Positions 22,001 to 31,225 of a stretch of DNA of 64,000 nt are shown one piece after another; the stretch's first letter is position 1; the number at the start of each line of letters is the position of its first letter. The position numbers were made by a program, and so were the translations under genes. The notes under the pieces are model-generated. The model made no database searches. It saw nothing but the letters and a program-made list of their open reading frames with translations, and was not told the DNA's origin. The DNA comes from a virus: the IMG/VR virus record IMGVR_UViG_3300011102_000438. One strand, written 5' to 3'.

Positions 22001-22640
22001 TCGTTATGCCTACGTCCGATGAGTTGACTTTGGTGGCCGCCAATGGTAACCCTGGTGGTCTGCGGGCAATCGTAATAACCGACGGGTCTATAGGATCAGT
22101 ATAAGGTTCCTGATCAGTATCATAGGACGGATGATTTAATTTAATTCCTGCGTCTATGTTTACCCGACGCGGTTCATTGATGTTGTCTGTCCAGTACAGT
22201 AATCCGTTAATCACACGGGCCGAATGAATGAGTGCGTTCTTGTCAAAGTTTAAGCCACCGGTTACCTGGGTGCTTAACAGTACGGTATACGTTTCAGCCG
22301 AACGGAGGTCATAACACATGATGCGGTCGGCATCCCCTTCGGTATCTTTCAGGAAATACAAAATGCGCCGGTTCTGTTCATCGGCGGCAGCACCGATACA
22401 GATTAAGGATACACCTTCCACGGGTTCCGTCAGCGCCCGTGTGCCACCGACGCTTTCCACGGTACCTATTACTCCTTTGTCTGTAGACAGAATACGGCAG
22501 TTTTCCATATTCACCCATGAGTTGGGGGATATGGCTATGTCCGCGTGGTCAGCGTCCAGTCCGCTGTCGGTGGAAACAAAATATTTTTTCTCTTGTTCCA
22601 ATCTCCTAAATTTGTGATCAGAACAGTGGTACTCATACAC
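19035..22640 (-). CDS. Tail stabilisation/nozzle protein (P22 gp10-like, crAss muzzle-type)
   Basis: 1201 aa; LLYWTDNINEPRRVNID, NNRLFLGN, GIVFYDRY and FGTINPES motifs as in crAss-like stabilisation proteins. Confidence 0.75.
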   Translation of the reverse strand: MYEYHCSDHKFRRLEQEKKYFVSTDSGLDADHADIAISPNSWVNMENCRILSTDKGVIGTVESVGGTRALTEPVEGVSLICIGAAADEQNRRILYFLKDTEGDADRIMCYDLRSAETYTVLLSTQVTGGLNFDKNALIHSARVINGLLYWTDNINEPRRVNIDAGIKLNHPSYDTDQEPYTDPIDPSVITIARRPPGLPLAATKVNSSDVGITINNNNIRNSAFRFAWFYVYRDGEYSTLSVHSILAPYNATSETYDVIELVAPLGEYIEQDVQRVVFAVIYADGEKAFEIKTWDKANADDATAIEDHNDGIQPLTYYFTNNDVDTPISDVAKAKPFDSIPLLAETLEVANNRLFLGNNLLGYDTPLVTSLMATPQNSPSSAMAVKSGSSRRVGIVFYDRYLRQCGVIPSPTIVTVPERDYELSGVFYNIGWTLSNTNALQEIPEWAYYYSIVATKDLTRTFFVQAFAGNIVYATKNGDGNYEFTTYAYSSANEGVALRLNILNGYGMGYVFNEGDLVRVNVKVGNTETNTTLSVKGVVGDYLIAENFDFGNILYAIANFEIYTPSIAASENYYYEQGSAYPISNPGTSSRAYSTTSGTLRGDIYLQERDTINRIQYNVSGQLNTDFELHTLPATIVSQLASSSNYLAGNSTFQNFPSESFNTNDTTWIIKTLGSAVNFNFRGKFRFNFYDAGGGSNELTNFKIFIAYNDGSTTTSTTVVPNRSLVEGTVYTFEFNQDITVPAGCRVFILNEFDIKNVDTLLRYIDGGLDVTALADGLQSEFECMSPNDKYYKNWFTDAGRFQTIDKIGQRAKKTSIKWSNTFIPGTITNGLSSFDALDEKILSYELGPLHKLQVTSKVNDEPGIVMLAICESQTASMYLGEQQLVSNTGNAFVAQSDSVIGTINPLKGSFGTINPESVIEHRGNVYWVDVLNGKMIQYSLNGLFPISNYLMTRYWKQFSDQYTSMTQEEIEALGSRPFIFTTVDPHHWELLVAVPKLLETPPKGNLPDYPSMIYPFDIWDGQAKTLVYKLPIEPNRWLGAFSVTPEWLINFQNSVYAFKNGVLYQLNDTETYCNFFGQQYKSRIMFVANMFPERPKVYKNISVIANLKPSLTYFYSQEPYEQSSDLLDTDYTVREGVFYAPLFRNKLVPTDSGYDITGLLNGEKLRTRVLKILMEWDVSNTPLELEKVNIGFEISHGHKT

Positions 22641-22684
22641 TTGAAACAGAAAGCGGCTCCTACATTGGCAGGAGCTTTTTTATT

Positions 22685-23425
22685 TTAGTTGGCAATGCCC
22701 GGACGATAGTTTTTGTAGAGGATGTTTTTCAAGTCCGGTATGGTGAGTTCATTTTTACGTGCTCTTAATTTACGCCATTCAGCCGTAAATGTTCTGGCTT
22801 CAGGGCTATCCTTGGCATCGGCATTCGGGCTACGTTTCCAGAATACATAGGCATCTATGGCTGCCTGAGCCTGTACATCTACCTGAGTAGCATTATCAAT
22901 GCATTGCCCGTCGCTGATGTACTGCAGGACAATATCTCCGCAATAGTTTTCCGTAAGCTGAATTTGCCCGCGCTCTTTGAATACTTTAAATCCGGTCACA
23001 TTGCCTGTGTTCATGCCATACATTCGTCCTGTGGTCTCTCCCAGGTCATCTATGTTCCAGAACCATGTCCAGCCGTTCCACAGGCCCCAAAAGGTTACTT
23101 CATCTGAAGGCGCACCATAGGGGATAGGCTGCCCCTGTGTGTTGTAATTCACCAAAGGTGTAATCGTGTCCCGCTGGGCAATGGGCTGGATGAATTGGCC
23201 TGCGGGCTTGCCTACGGCCACCCAATCTACATAATCACACGGCAGATACGCTGCCGATGTCTTATCAAGCGTTAACCTCACAGTATTGATTAACCGCAAA
23301 GTATCGAATGATAATTCCCTTAACGCGGTACTGGCATGCGTCAGGAATTCACTGTAATAGTGAAGCGGCAACCGCTTGGCAAGTAGCTGCCTTCTTACGA
23401 TCGTATCGAGAGTAGTATAAATCAT
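22685..23425 (-). CDS. Tail ring/tubular protein
   Basis: 246 aa; LPCDYVDW and IVLQYISDG motifs; upstream of the stabilisation gene. Confidence 0.65.
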   Translation of the reverse strand: MIYTTLDTIVRRQLLAKRLPLHYYSEFLTHASTALRELSFDTLRLINTVRLTLDKTSAAYLPCDYVDWVAVGKPAGQFIQPIAQRDTITPLVNYNTQGQPIPYGAPSDEVTFWGLWNGWTWFWNIDDLGETTGRMYGMNTGNVTGFKVFKERGQIQLTENYCGDIVLQYISDGQCIDNATQVDVQAQAAIDAYVFWKRSPNADAKDSPEARTFTAEWRKLRARKNELTIPDLKNILYKNYRPGIAN

Positions 23426-24093
23426 GGCTGCGACTGCGTTTGAATGGGTTGTCCTTTCTGTTCCTTACGACCACTGTCTACCAGTTTATCAGCCACCGGT
23501 TCCCCGGTATATAATGCCACTACTTGTTTTTTGATTTCCCACTCCATTTCCGGCAACAAGGGGAGTGGGTCATAATCTCCGTATTCGTTCACGTCAAGAA
23601 TAACCAGTCTTATGTCTACATAAAACGGGTCAGGCGGGGTGGTAAGGTCTTGGGTAAATACTACTGTGTTGCCAAATACCTCATAGCCTACGTGGCCCAG
23701 CAGGTCATTAATCAGGGGTTGACTGGCAATCAAATTGGCGTGGCCCATTTCCAGCGGGATATACTCACAACGGGGGTCACCCGATTTAAAAATAGCGTAC
23801 ACGCCAATGTTTCTTGGTAGCTTGATCGGTTTGACCGGTAAAGTACATTTGGAAGTGTTGTTGTACTTTACTACTTCAATCCCTTCGTATAATCCCAGCA
23901 CTGCGCCGTTGGGGATCATTTCGCCCATTGGTATATTGGTGCTGAAATAATCTATTTTGAGCAGGGAGTTGGCGACTTGTCCGACGGACAGTTTGATTTC
24001 ATTAAACGTTACTCTTGAAGCAAGCGGCGGGTTGCCTGCATCAATCAAGCGCTTAATTTCTTCTGCCAGTCTGAATTTAGTAATGACTGCCAT
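23422..24093 (-). CDS. Tail ring/adaptor protein
   Basis: 223 aa in a tandem ring-protein cluster. Confidence 0.55.
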   Translation of the reverse strand: MAVITKFRLAEEIKRLIDAGNPPLASRVTFNEIKLSVGQVANSLLKIDYFSTNIPMGEMIPNGAVLGLYEGIEVVKYNNTSKCTLPVKPIKLPRNIGVYAIFKSGDPRCEYIPLEMGHANLIASQPLINDLLGHVGYEVFGNTVVFTQDLTTPPDPFYVDIRLVILDVNEYGDYDPLPLLPEMEWEIKKQVVALYTGEPVADKLVDSGRKEQKGQPIQTQSQP

Positions 24094-24094
24094 G

Positions 24095-24784
24095 TTAGGT
24101 TCTATTTACTCCCTGAAAATTTTCTGTGGTTTTGCGCTGGCTCCACGTCATAATATGCTCGTTGCCCAGGTTAATGCCTATGCTTTCCAGCGCTTTTAAT
24201 AAGACAGCGTTCTGGTCTTTTTCCAGCCATTCCAGTTGAACAGAGTTGTCCGGATCATAGACGATTATACGTCCTCCCTGTACGGTGTAGGCGAAATGTG
24301 GCGCGACCGGCCTGCGGAAATACGTCACCACTCCTGCCTGAGGGATTTTGGGATATAACTGTATCTGGCCAATACCTATCCATTCGCCTATGGGATCAGT
24401 AATCGTTACCGGGTCTATCTGAGAGCGCAGCCGGTTCGTTCGTTCATCTTCGTTAGGGAACAGAACAGGGTAGTTGCTTACGTTTCCTTCTTCGTCCTGT
24501 ACAGTCACATAAATATCCAAAAATGTATGAAACTGATCGGCCCCGGAAGTCGGTAGCGAAACAACGCCTCCGGGACTCGTGCCGTGGCCAAAGAGGTATT
24601 TGGTTTTGAACGGCGCAAGAGCAGTAGTGATTTCATCCGAGGTGCCGTATTTGGCGCGCAAGTCATCAAACAGCGCCATCTGGCCCCGGTCTACGAGCAG
24701 ATCAAGTTCTTCAGGGCTGTAATAAGACCCCGTAACCTTATCGATCCAAAAGTTCAGAAACTGGTATGCCTGCTGTAAATTCAT
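24095..24784 (-). CDS. Tail ring/adaptor protein
   Basis: 229 aa; YSPEELDLL and TYFRRP...YDPDNSVQLEW motifs like crAss ring proteins. Confidence 0.6.
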   Translation of the reverse strand: MNLQQAYQFLNFWIDKVTGSYYSPEELDLLVDRGQMALFDDLRAKYGTSDEITTALAPFKTKYLFGHGTSPGGVVSLPTSGADQFHTFLDIYVTVQDEEGNVSNYPVLFPNEDERTNRLRSQIDPVTITDPIGEWIGIGQIQLYPKIPQAGVVTYFRRPVAPHFAYTVQGGRIIVYDPDNSVQLEWLEKDQNAVLLKALESIGINLGNEHIMTWSQRKTTENFQGVNRT

Positions 24785-24816
24785 GAGTTGGTTAAATCAA
24801 AATTACTATTTTCCAA

Positions 24817-25437
24817 CTAATTACAAGCAATACCTAAAATTTGACTTTGTTTAAGAATTATAAACTCATCACGACCAAAGTGATAGCGTTGCGCCCTGCG
24901 TGGATTAAAGATTGCTTTGTCTCCCGGTTTGGCATCAATCGGGGGCAAATGTTCAAGCGGTTTGCCTATGTGCCAGATTTCACTTTCCACCATTCTTTGA
25001 AGCTGTTTCAGGTGGCCGGGAATAAATAATCTGGTGGGTTCCTGAAAGGGGGCTACCATCACATAGCCGTTGAGCATGATAAAATCCCCGTCGCGGATTA
25101 CGGCAAATACCTTTTGAATGTCGCACCGCCAGTAAGACTTTCCCTTATAAAACAGTTCAAACTTGTAAATCGGGTTAGTCCTTTGGGGTTGTGCCCGATA
25201 GCTATACACCACATCATAACGGAATAATATCTTGTCGCCCGGCAGGATTCCTTCCGTACTAAATCCTTTGTAGTCTGGCCGGTTGGTAGTAATTATCCGG
25301 GGAACACTTACCACTGTCCCTACCAGGTTGGCGTGTTCACCGGGATTGAACCGGGTATCCACATACAGGCTGCCTATCTGATCCTGAAACACCTTGTCAA
25401 GCGTAATAATGAGGTCGTTTTGGGGAGACTGTAACAT
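24817..25437 (-). CDS. Phage GroES-like co-chaperonin (two GroES-like halves)
   Basis: GTVVSVP...PGDKILF and KPGDKAIF...ILKQSQILG repeats of the cpn10 pattern. Confidence 0.6.
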   Translation of the reverse strand: MLQSPQNDLIITLDKVFQDQIGSLYVDTRFNPGEHANLVGTVVSVPRIITTNRPDYKGFSTEGILPGDKILFRYDVVYSYRAQPQRTNPIYKFELFYKGKSYWRCDIQKVFAVIRDGDFIMLNGYVMVAPFQEPTRLFIPGHLKQLQRMVESEIWHIGKPLEHLPPIDAKPGDKAIFNPRRAQRYHFGRDEFIILKQSQILGIACN

Positions 25438-25505
25438 ATCAACTTAATTTCCACAAAGATATATGTGTTATCAAAAATAAAATATTAAATAAGTATATTT
25501 GTGGT

Positions 25506-25694
25506 ATGAATTTAAATGATTTAGGCGGCCCGACACATAGCTATCCGCTCAAAATCCCTATTGGATTATTTATCGCCCTGCAGGAACTGGCCGACAAAGA
25601 CAAGCGGTCAGTGAACAAGTATATCCACGTCACTTTAGAGCAACATGTAATCCAAAAAAAGCAACAAGATGAACTTTCCCAGACTACTCGGTAA
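25506..25694 (+). CDS. Ribbon-helix-helix (Arc-like) DNA-binding protein
   Basis: YPLKIP...LQELADKDKRSVNKYIHVTL pattern. Confidence 0.65.
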   Translation: MNLNDLGGPTHSYPLKIPIGLFIALQELADKDKRSVNKYIHVTLEQHVIQKKQQDELSQTTR

Positions 25695-25950
25695 CAGGTT
25701 ATTGGTAAAGCCGCTTAGCAAAGAAGAGGAGACGGTGGGCAGTTTGATTATCCCCGGAACTGCGAATGCTGACCTGCAGCGGGGGGAGATTGTGGCAGTA
25801 TCCGATGAGTTAACCCATTTTAAGCCCGGTGAAATCGTCCTGTACCCGCAAGGTTGTGGCACCGGTCATATGATTAGCGGTACTTCTTATTTGTGGTTAC
25901 AGGCCACCGAAATATGGGCTATTGAAAATGAAGAAGCGCATTCTCTTTAA
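25669..25950 (+). CDS. groES: Co-chaperonin GroES (cpn10)
   Basis: LGNRLLVKP...GSLIIPGTA...GEIVAV...KPGEIVLY. Confidence 0.85.
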   Translation: MNFPRLLGNRLLVKPLSKEEETVGSLIIPGTANADLQRGEIVAVSDELTHFKPGEIVLYPQGCGTGHMISGTSYLWLQATEIWAIENEEAHSL

Positions 25951-26605
25951 ATACCCCACCCGTGGGCGGCCTGCCCGGTTCTTTGAGGGCATGAGCAGTC
26001 TTGTCTGTAACCTGGCTGACCGGGACAATTACCATATTTTAGTCACCGCCGATACCGACGACCTCACCATGAATAATGATGAGGTCAGAAACCGGTTAAG
26101 CCAGTTTCCGGAAACCACTATTATCTATGGTGCCAGCCAATCCAAAGTGCATGCTGTCAACAGGGATATGGAGAATTGGCAGGGCTGGGATATAGTGGTC
26201 GTCATGAGTGACGACATGCGTTTTATGATGTTTGGTTTTGACGAGCTCATCCGTCAGGAAATGCCCGACGATTTGGACTGCCTGTTGCACATTCCCGACC
26301 AGGACGCTAAAGAAGCATTGGCAACGATGTACATTGGTGGCCATGCCTTTTACCAGCGAATGGGTTGGATTTACCATCCTGAGTTTAATTCCCTGTGGTG
26401 TGACAATCATATTCAGGATATAGCCACACTATTGGGAAAATACAAATTTGTTCCAGCCTACGGAGTGATCGCCCACTTATGTCCGGCATATGGGCACCTG
26501 CCACGGGATGAAATGTTCGACCGGCAGCAGGCGGACTGGAATAGAGATAAGGCGCTTTATGATGAACTACGGGCACGCGGATATGATTTACATCTGTATC
26601 AATGA
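25928..26605 (+). CDS. Glycosyltransferase family 2-like
   Basis: KYPTRGRP start, VMSDDM DxD-like motif, WCDN; start moved to ATG 25928. Confidence 0.75.
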   Translation: MKKRILFKYPTRGRPARFFEGMSSLVCNLADRDNYHILVTADTDDLTMNNDEVRNRLSQFPETTIIYGASQSKVHAVNRDMENWQGWDIVVVMSDDMRFMMFGFDELIRQEMPDDLDCLLHIPDQDAKEALATMYIGGHAFYQRMGWIYHPEFNSLWCDNHIQDIATLLGKYKFVPAYGVIAHLCPAYGHLPRDEMFDRQQADWNRDKALYDELRARGYDLHLYQ

Positions 26606-27270
26606 CTAACCCCATTCTTTCTATATTAATCCCTACGGTATACGGCAGAGAACAGGAATTACAACGACTGCTGTCGGTGTTGAGTAAGCAGCTTACACCG
26701 GGCAATTACTGCACCTCCCGCACCGGTTACTATGAATATGCTGTTTCTTATAGTAGAATATTTCCGGTAGAGGTTATTTATTTAAAAGACAACAAGCAGG
26801 TTACCGTTGGTGAAAAAAGAGAAAAGCTCTACCAGATGGCTGACGGCGTATACTCATGGCAGATAGACGATGACGATAGCATTGCAGAGGATGCTATTAG
26901 CAAGATACTCTTTGCTGCCGAAAAAGAACCGGACTGTATTACTTTTCTGGAACGGTGTCTGATGAATGGCCGCGAACTTTTCGGCAGGCACTCTCTTGAC
27001 TATCCGGACTGGGAAGGAGAAGGTAACAGCACCTTATATGACGGTTTTCATTTCCACCGCACACCCTATTTTAAATCTGTCATCAAAACTACAATAGTCA
27101 AACAGGTTCCTGTACCTCATATGCGCTATGGCGAAGATCACCAGTGGGCGCGTTTGTTAAAATCTTACCTGAAAAACGAATTCCATATCCCTGAATATTT
27201 GTATCACTATATCCATCAATCAACACCCGAAGAATTTGCAGAACGCTATGGAACTAACCGGCAGCAATAA
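26602..27270 (+). CDS. Glycosyltransferase family 2
   Basis: LSILIPT, QIDDDD and YGEDHQW motifs. Confidence 0.85.
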   Translation: MTNPILSILIPTVYGREQELQRLLSVLSKQLTPGNYCTSRTGYYEYAVSYSRIFPVEVIYLKDNKQVTVGEKREKLYQMADGVYSWQIDDDDSIAEDAISKILFAAEKEPDCITFLERCLMNGRELFGRHSLDYPDWEGEGNSTLYDGFHFHRTPYFKSVIKTTIVKQVPVPHMRYGEDHQWARLLKSYLKNEFHIPEYLYHYIHQSTPEEFAERYGTNRQQ

Positions 27271-27934
27271 ACCCGTTATTATCTGTGCGGGTATAGGAGG
27301 ATGGTACCCTACCGGAGTAAAAAGGCTGGAACGATCATTAATCTTTAACGGCTGGCCCGGAGAAATTATGACATGGACGGACTACCCTGAGAACTGCCCG
27401 GCGCATTCCGAGCTGCCGTATTATTTCAAGATAGCAGCCTTTGAAGCAGCGCTGAAAAAAGGTTTTACACATATCCTTTGGTGTGATAGTTCTTTCTGGG
27501 CCGTCAGAAACCCCATGCCGTTATTTGACTTTATCAACGATAACGGATACTATTTCTTCCGGACAGGCTATAACCTTGCTCAGACAGTCAATGACTATGC
27601 ATTAAAAGAAGTCAGTCTGAGCCGGGACGAAGCAGCAAACGTTATCGAATATGCTTCAGGATGTGTAGGGATTAACTTTCATAACCCTAATGGGCAGGCG
27701 CTGTATAAGAAATGGAAAGAATACATGGACAAGGGATTAAGCCGGGGCAGACGTGAACGGAACCGGATTGAAAGCGACGACCCGCGTTTTCTGCATCACA
27801 GGCAGGACCAGTCTTGTTTGTCGCTGGCCGCCCATGCTTTAAAGCTCGGCAATGATCAGATGCTGGATGCGGTATCCTACTACGGAACCGGATACAACGA
27901 AAAGGAATTAATTTTTTTCATACAAGGGATATGA
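27248..27934 (+). CDS. GT-A fold glycosyltransferase-like protein
   Basis: ILWCDSS and HRQDQSCLS motifs; start moved to ATG 27248. Confidence 0.65.
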   Translation: MELTGSNKPVIICAGIGGWYPTGVKRLERSLIFNGWPGEIMTWTDYPENCPAHSELPYYFKIAAFEAALKKGFTHILWCDSSFWAVRNPMPLFDFINDNGYYFFRTGYNLAQTVNDYALKEVSLSRDEAANVIEYASGCVGINFHNPNGQALYKKWKEYMDKGLSRGRRERNRIESDDPRFLHHRQDQSCLSLAAHALKLGNDQMLDAVSYYGTGYNEKELIFFIQGI

Positions 27935-28743
27935 AGGCGGTTATATCAACCACATACGACGATCAATATTTGTATTTCCTGCCTATTACAACATGGTGTT
28001 GGAGCAGGCTGGGAGCAGAAGTTATATGCCTGATGCCCTACACGCAGCAAAACAATAAAAAGGAGTCTTTGGCAATCGGTTATATAGGCGATTTTTGCAG
28101 TTTGCCCTTCGGCAGAAGGTATTTTTTTTGCCATCCTGACAAACAGGCTACCTATACGCAATGTTCAAGGCTATATGCAGCAGCCCTTGCTGAAATTGCG
28201 GATGATGAAAGATTGGTTACTTCTGATATAGACATGGCGGTATTTAAACAGCCATTACCTGCTGCTTCTCAGGACATGTTGGAAGTGCTGGGCCATGATC
28301 TTACGCCACAAGGACAATTCCCTATGTGTTATGTAGCGGGGACAGCCAAAACATGGCGCGAAGTAATGCAGATCAATGGCCGCTCCTTACAACAATGCCT
28401 GGACGACTTGTTGGGGGCTGTCGAATGTGAGAACATGCGGGGGAACTATTGGAGCAAAGACCAGGAAGAATTATACAACAAACTGACTGTCTGCGGCAGG
28501 TGGACAGGTGTTAAGCGGGCCAGACCGGGGACGCAATTCGCCGCAAACCGAGTTGATCGGGATGATATTAACTGGCGCACTTACTGCGGCCCGGATTTAA
28601 TGGATGCACACTTATGGCGTCCCGGTTACACGGACGAAAACTTTGCCAATATTCTTGAACTACTGCGAACTCAATACCCAGATGAAAACTTTGATTGGTT
28701 GATTAACTATCGTAATGAATACTTAAAACTCATTCAAGGTTAA
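27931..28743 (+). CDS. Putative glycosyltransferase
   Basis: TSDIDM DxD motif and WSKDQE; within the GT operon. Confidence 0.55.
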   Translation: MKAVISTTYDDQYLYFLPITTWCWSRLGAEVICLMPYTQQNNKKESLAIGYIGDFCSLPFGRRYFFCHPDKQATYTQCSRLYAAALAEIADDERLVTSDIDMAVFKQPLPAASQDMLEVLGHDLTPQGQFPMCYVAGTAKTWREVMQINGRSLQQCLDDLLGAVECENMRGNYWSKDQEELYNKLTVCGRWTGVKRARPGTQFAANRVDRDDINWRTYCGPDLMDAHLWRPGYTDENFANILELLRTQYPDENFDWLINYRNEYLKLIQG

Positions 28744-28937
28744 TGGCACAAGTGCAAAGAACATTAAACATTCTGTTTTGGGTTTGTTATGCCCCCTTCT
28801 TCATATTGATAATAATAGTGACGGCGTATTGGTTTATTGTTCGTGCAGTGTACCTATACATTAAAAACGGCGATGATTTGCCTATTGAAATTTTTGATAA
28901 GACGATAAAGAAGTTTGCAATAACACCATTTGATTAA
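28743..28937 (+). CDS. Small membrane protein
   Basis: One long hydrophobic segment; overlaps the previous stop. Confidence 0.5.
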   Translation: MAQVQRTLNILFWVCYAPFFILIIIVTAYWFIVRAVYLYIKNGDDLPIEIFDKTIKKFAITPFD

Positions 28938-28948
28938 AACCAACATCA

Positions 28949-29119
28949 ATGAGAGGAACCGTAGCAAAATCAATACGTGAAGCAATCCGGGTAACTGGAA
29001 AGTACGGCTTGTATCAAGAAGCCAAACGAAACCACAAGAACTTGAACAACCCCCAAAAACCGAAGTTTAAATTGTCGAAAAGACAACAACGTTTACTGGC
29101 AAAAAAGAAAAACACATGA
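28949..29119 (+). CDS. Small basic hypothetical protein (56 aa, below the ORF track cutoff)
   Basis: MRGTVAKSIREAIRV...; stop overlaps the next ATG (ATGA). Confidence 0.45.
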   Translation: MRGTVAKSIREAIRVTGKYGLYQEAKRNHKNLNNPQKPKFKLSKRQQRLLAKKKNT

Positions 29120-29697
29120 ATACCCCTACCCTCGTCGAATGGCAAAGAATAGACCCGCAATCCGGTATGGTGGAATGCTGGTGGGCACATCCGTTTCTCG
29201 ACCACATGAAAACCTGGAACCTGGGGGACAAAACATTTTTGGAGTTTGGAGCCGGTTTGGGCACGGCATGGCTTAGGCATTTATGCGAATGGGTGGATAG
29301 TATCGAAGCCAATCCGGAATGGGCGGCCAAAGCACAGGAGCAATGCGATATTCACTATGTGCATAACGGGCATATTTTTCGTCCGATTGAACCAATAGCG
29401 GACGGTGTGCCGGAAAACATAGCTCGTTACTTTGAATTGATCCCGCCGGAACGGCAGTACGACATTATATCGGTTGACGGGATATACCGCAACGAATGCT
29501 TGCAGTGGGCCTTAGATCATTTTAAAGGACGGGGTGGAATACTCATTGCCGATAACTGGCAACAGGATTATGTCTGGATAAGCCCGGCAGCCGAGGAACT
29601 GATGAAGCCGTATCCGATACATCGTTTTTATCAACCGGGCCATACGAACCATGAGGGACGCCCGTGGAATACTGCTTACTGGGAAATACCGGCATAA
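29116..29697 (+). CDS. Class I SAM-dependent methyltransferase
   Basis: FLEFGAGLGT motif I, YDIISVDG, GGILIADN. Confidence 0.8.
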   Translation: MNTPTLVEWQRIDPQSGMVECWWAHPFLDHMKTWNLGDKTFLEFGAGLGTAWLRHLCEWVDSIEANPEWAAKAQEQCDIHYVHNGHIFRPIEPIADGVPENIARYFELIPPERQYDIISVDGIYRNECLQWALDHFKGRGGILIADNWQQDYVWISPAAEELMKPYPIHRFYQPGHTNHEGRPWNTAYWEIPA

Positions 29698-29735
29698 TAA
29701 CAATTGTCGCCAATTACAACATACAATTATTCAAG

Positions 29736-30290
29736 ATGCAAGTCCACATCATCCTCGATAACCGCCGGGTAGAGCGGGCAGAACAATGTCTGCAGGAGGT
29801 AGAACGCCAGCAGATTCCGGTAACCAGGTACTGGCAACCGGTTCCTGACACCAAAAGCGTGGTGCGCTCTATCAACTTATCCCATAAGGCAATTATCCAG
29901 TATGCTAAGGACAATAGGTTGCCGGAGGTATGTGTGCTCGAGGATGATGTGTTTTTCCCGGCTGCAGACGGCTGGCAGTATTTCCTGAGCAACAAGCCCG
30001 GTACGTTCGACATTTATTTAGGCGGCACGTATGGCCTACAGTACCCCGTAACAAACCCTATCCAGAAAATCAACGGCTTTCATTGTTATATCATGGCTGA
30101 ACGGTTTTACGATACCTTTCTTTCTGTGCCCGATGATGTACATATAGATACCGTTTTGGACGGCAAAGGACTTTTCCATTTATGTTATCCAATGGCGGCC
30201 ATCCAGCGTCCGGCATGGAGTTACAACCTCAACCAGTTTACAGACCGCAACAGAGTCCTGCAGGAGGGGGATGTATATGTTGAACGCTGA
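29736..30290 (+). CDS. Glycosyltransferase family 25-like
   Basis: INLSHKAIIQYA...VCVLEDDV; start moved to ATG 29736. Confidence 0.7.
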   Translation: MQVHIILDNRRVERAEQCLQEVERQQIPVTRYWQPVPDTKSVVRSINLSHKAIIQYAKDNRLPEVCVLEDDVFFPAADGWQYFLSNKPGTFDIYLGGTYGLQYPVTNPIQKINGFHCYIMAERFYDTFLSVPDDVHIDTVLDGKGLFHLCYPMAAIQRPAWSYNLNQFTDRNRVLQEGDVYVER

Positions 30291-30909
30291 TATTCCTTCT
30301 TTTACCGGCTATATCCGGCGTAGTTTCTACACGCACAAGGAGGCAGACCGTGATACCTTCGACCCGGTAGAGGTCTTCGGTATCCAGTCGATTCCTGGCA
30401 AAATCCTCACTTTCCACGTCATGACTGACTTCGGCATGTTGCGCGGCCGCGTACCCTTACATGAAATCTACTGGAAACAGCCGGACAAAGACATTGAACC
30501 CCACTACAAACAACTATGGGACTGCTTCGGAGAAAAAGTTTCCGTACATACCTTCTCGTACCTGAAAGAAAAACGCAGCCAGATTATCCTGAAAGACCGC
30601 ACCAAAGTATGGGGCACCTACCAATTTACCGTAGACTGGTACGGTAATCCCTACAGCGACGACCCGAAGTTTTACAAATGTGCCCACATTTTCTTTGCCG
30701 ACGATGGCTACCTGCTTGCACAGCCAAATAATCGTTGTATCTTTAAGGACATGAACTGGATCACACGACCTTTCCCCATACCGTTCAGCGAAATCAAAAC
30801 AGACCGCGCCATCATCAGCGTAGAAAGCTTCTCAGACCGGTGGGTCAGTGAAGACAGTGATTGTTTTTATTACGATATATCCCCGCAGCAATACTCCGGC
30901 CATAAATAG
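30271..30909 (+). CDS. Conserved phage hypothetical protein
   Basis: 212 aa; LWDCF, YQFTVDW and QPNNR motifs. Confidence 0.6.
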   Translation: MYMLNADIPSFTGYIRRSFYTHKEADRDTFDPVEVFGIQSIPGKILTFHVMTDFGMLRGRVPLHEIYWKQPDKDIEPHYKQLWDCFGEKVSVHTFSYLKEKRSQIILKDRTKVWGTYQFTVDWYGNPYSDDPKFYKCAHIFFADDGYLLAQPNNRCIFKDMNWITRPFPIPFSEIKTDRAIISVESFSDRWVSEDSDCFYYDISPQQYSGHK

Positions 30910-30910
30910 C

Positions 30911-31225
30911 ATGAACCCCTTTATCCATTATACCGAAGACCAACGCCATTACCTCCTGCAGCGCGCCCAACCCCACTATCTGGCCGAAATCACCACCTAT
31001 CCCGATAACGCCCTGTGCTTCGCCCAACTACCCGGCTACTCTCTCTTCGTGGTCTTTAAAGGCACCCTCTCCGGACACGGACTACTACTCCACCGTACAT
31101 GGAAAGAAGATATTCAACAAACCACCTACACCATGATGGAATGGTTCCTCACTCATAAAATCCTTCCCAACGAAAAAAAATACCGCAAGTTCCTTGTCGA
31201 ACATCACCTGAACCGAAACTCATAA
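30911..31225 (+). CDS. Hypothetical protein
   Basis: ATG 30911 directly after the previous stop. Confidence 0.45.
   Translation: MNPFIHYTEDQRHYLLQRAQPHYLAEITTYPDNALCFAQLPGYSLFVVFKGTLSGHGLLLHRTWKEDIQQTTYTMMEWFLTHKILPNEKKYRKFLVEHHLNRNS

Noticed and set aside
604..25029. Many plus-strand ORFs within the virion module
   Set aside because: Antisense shadows of long, tightly coupled minus-strand genes with clear motifs
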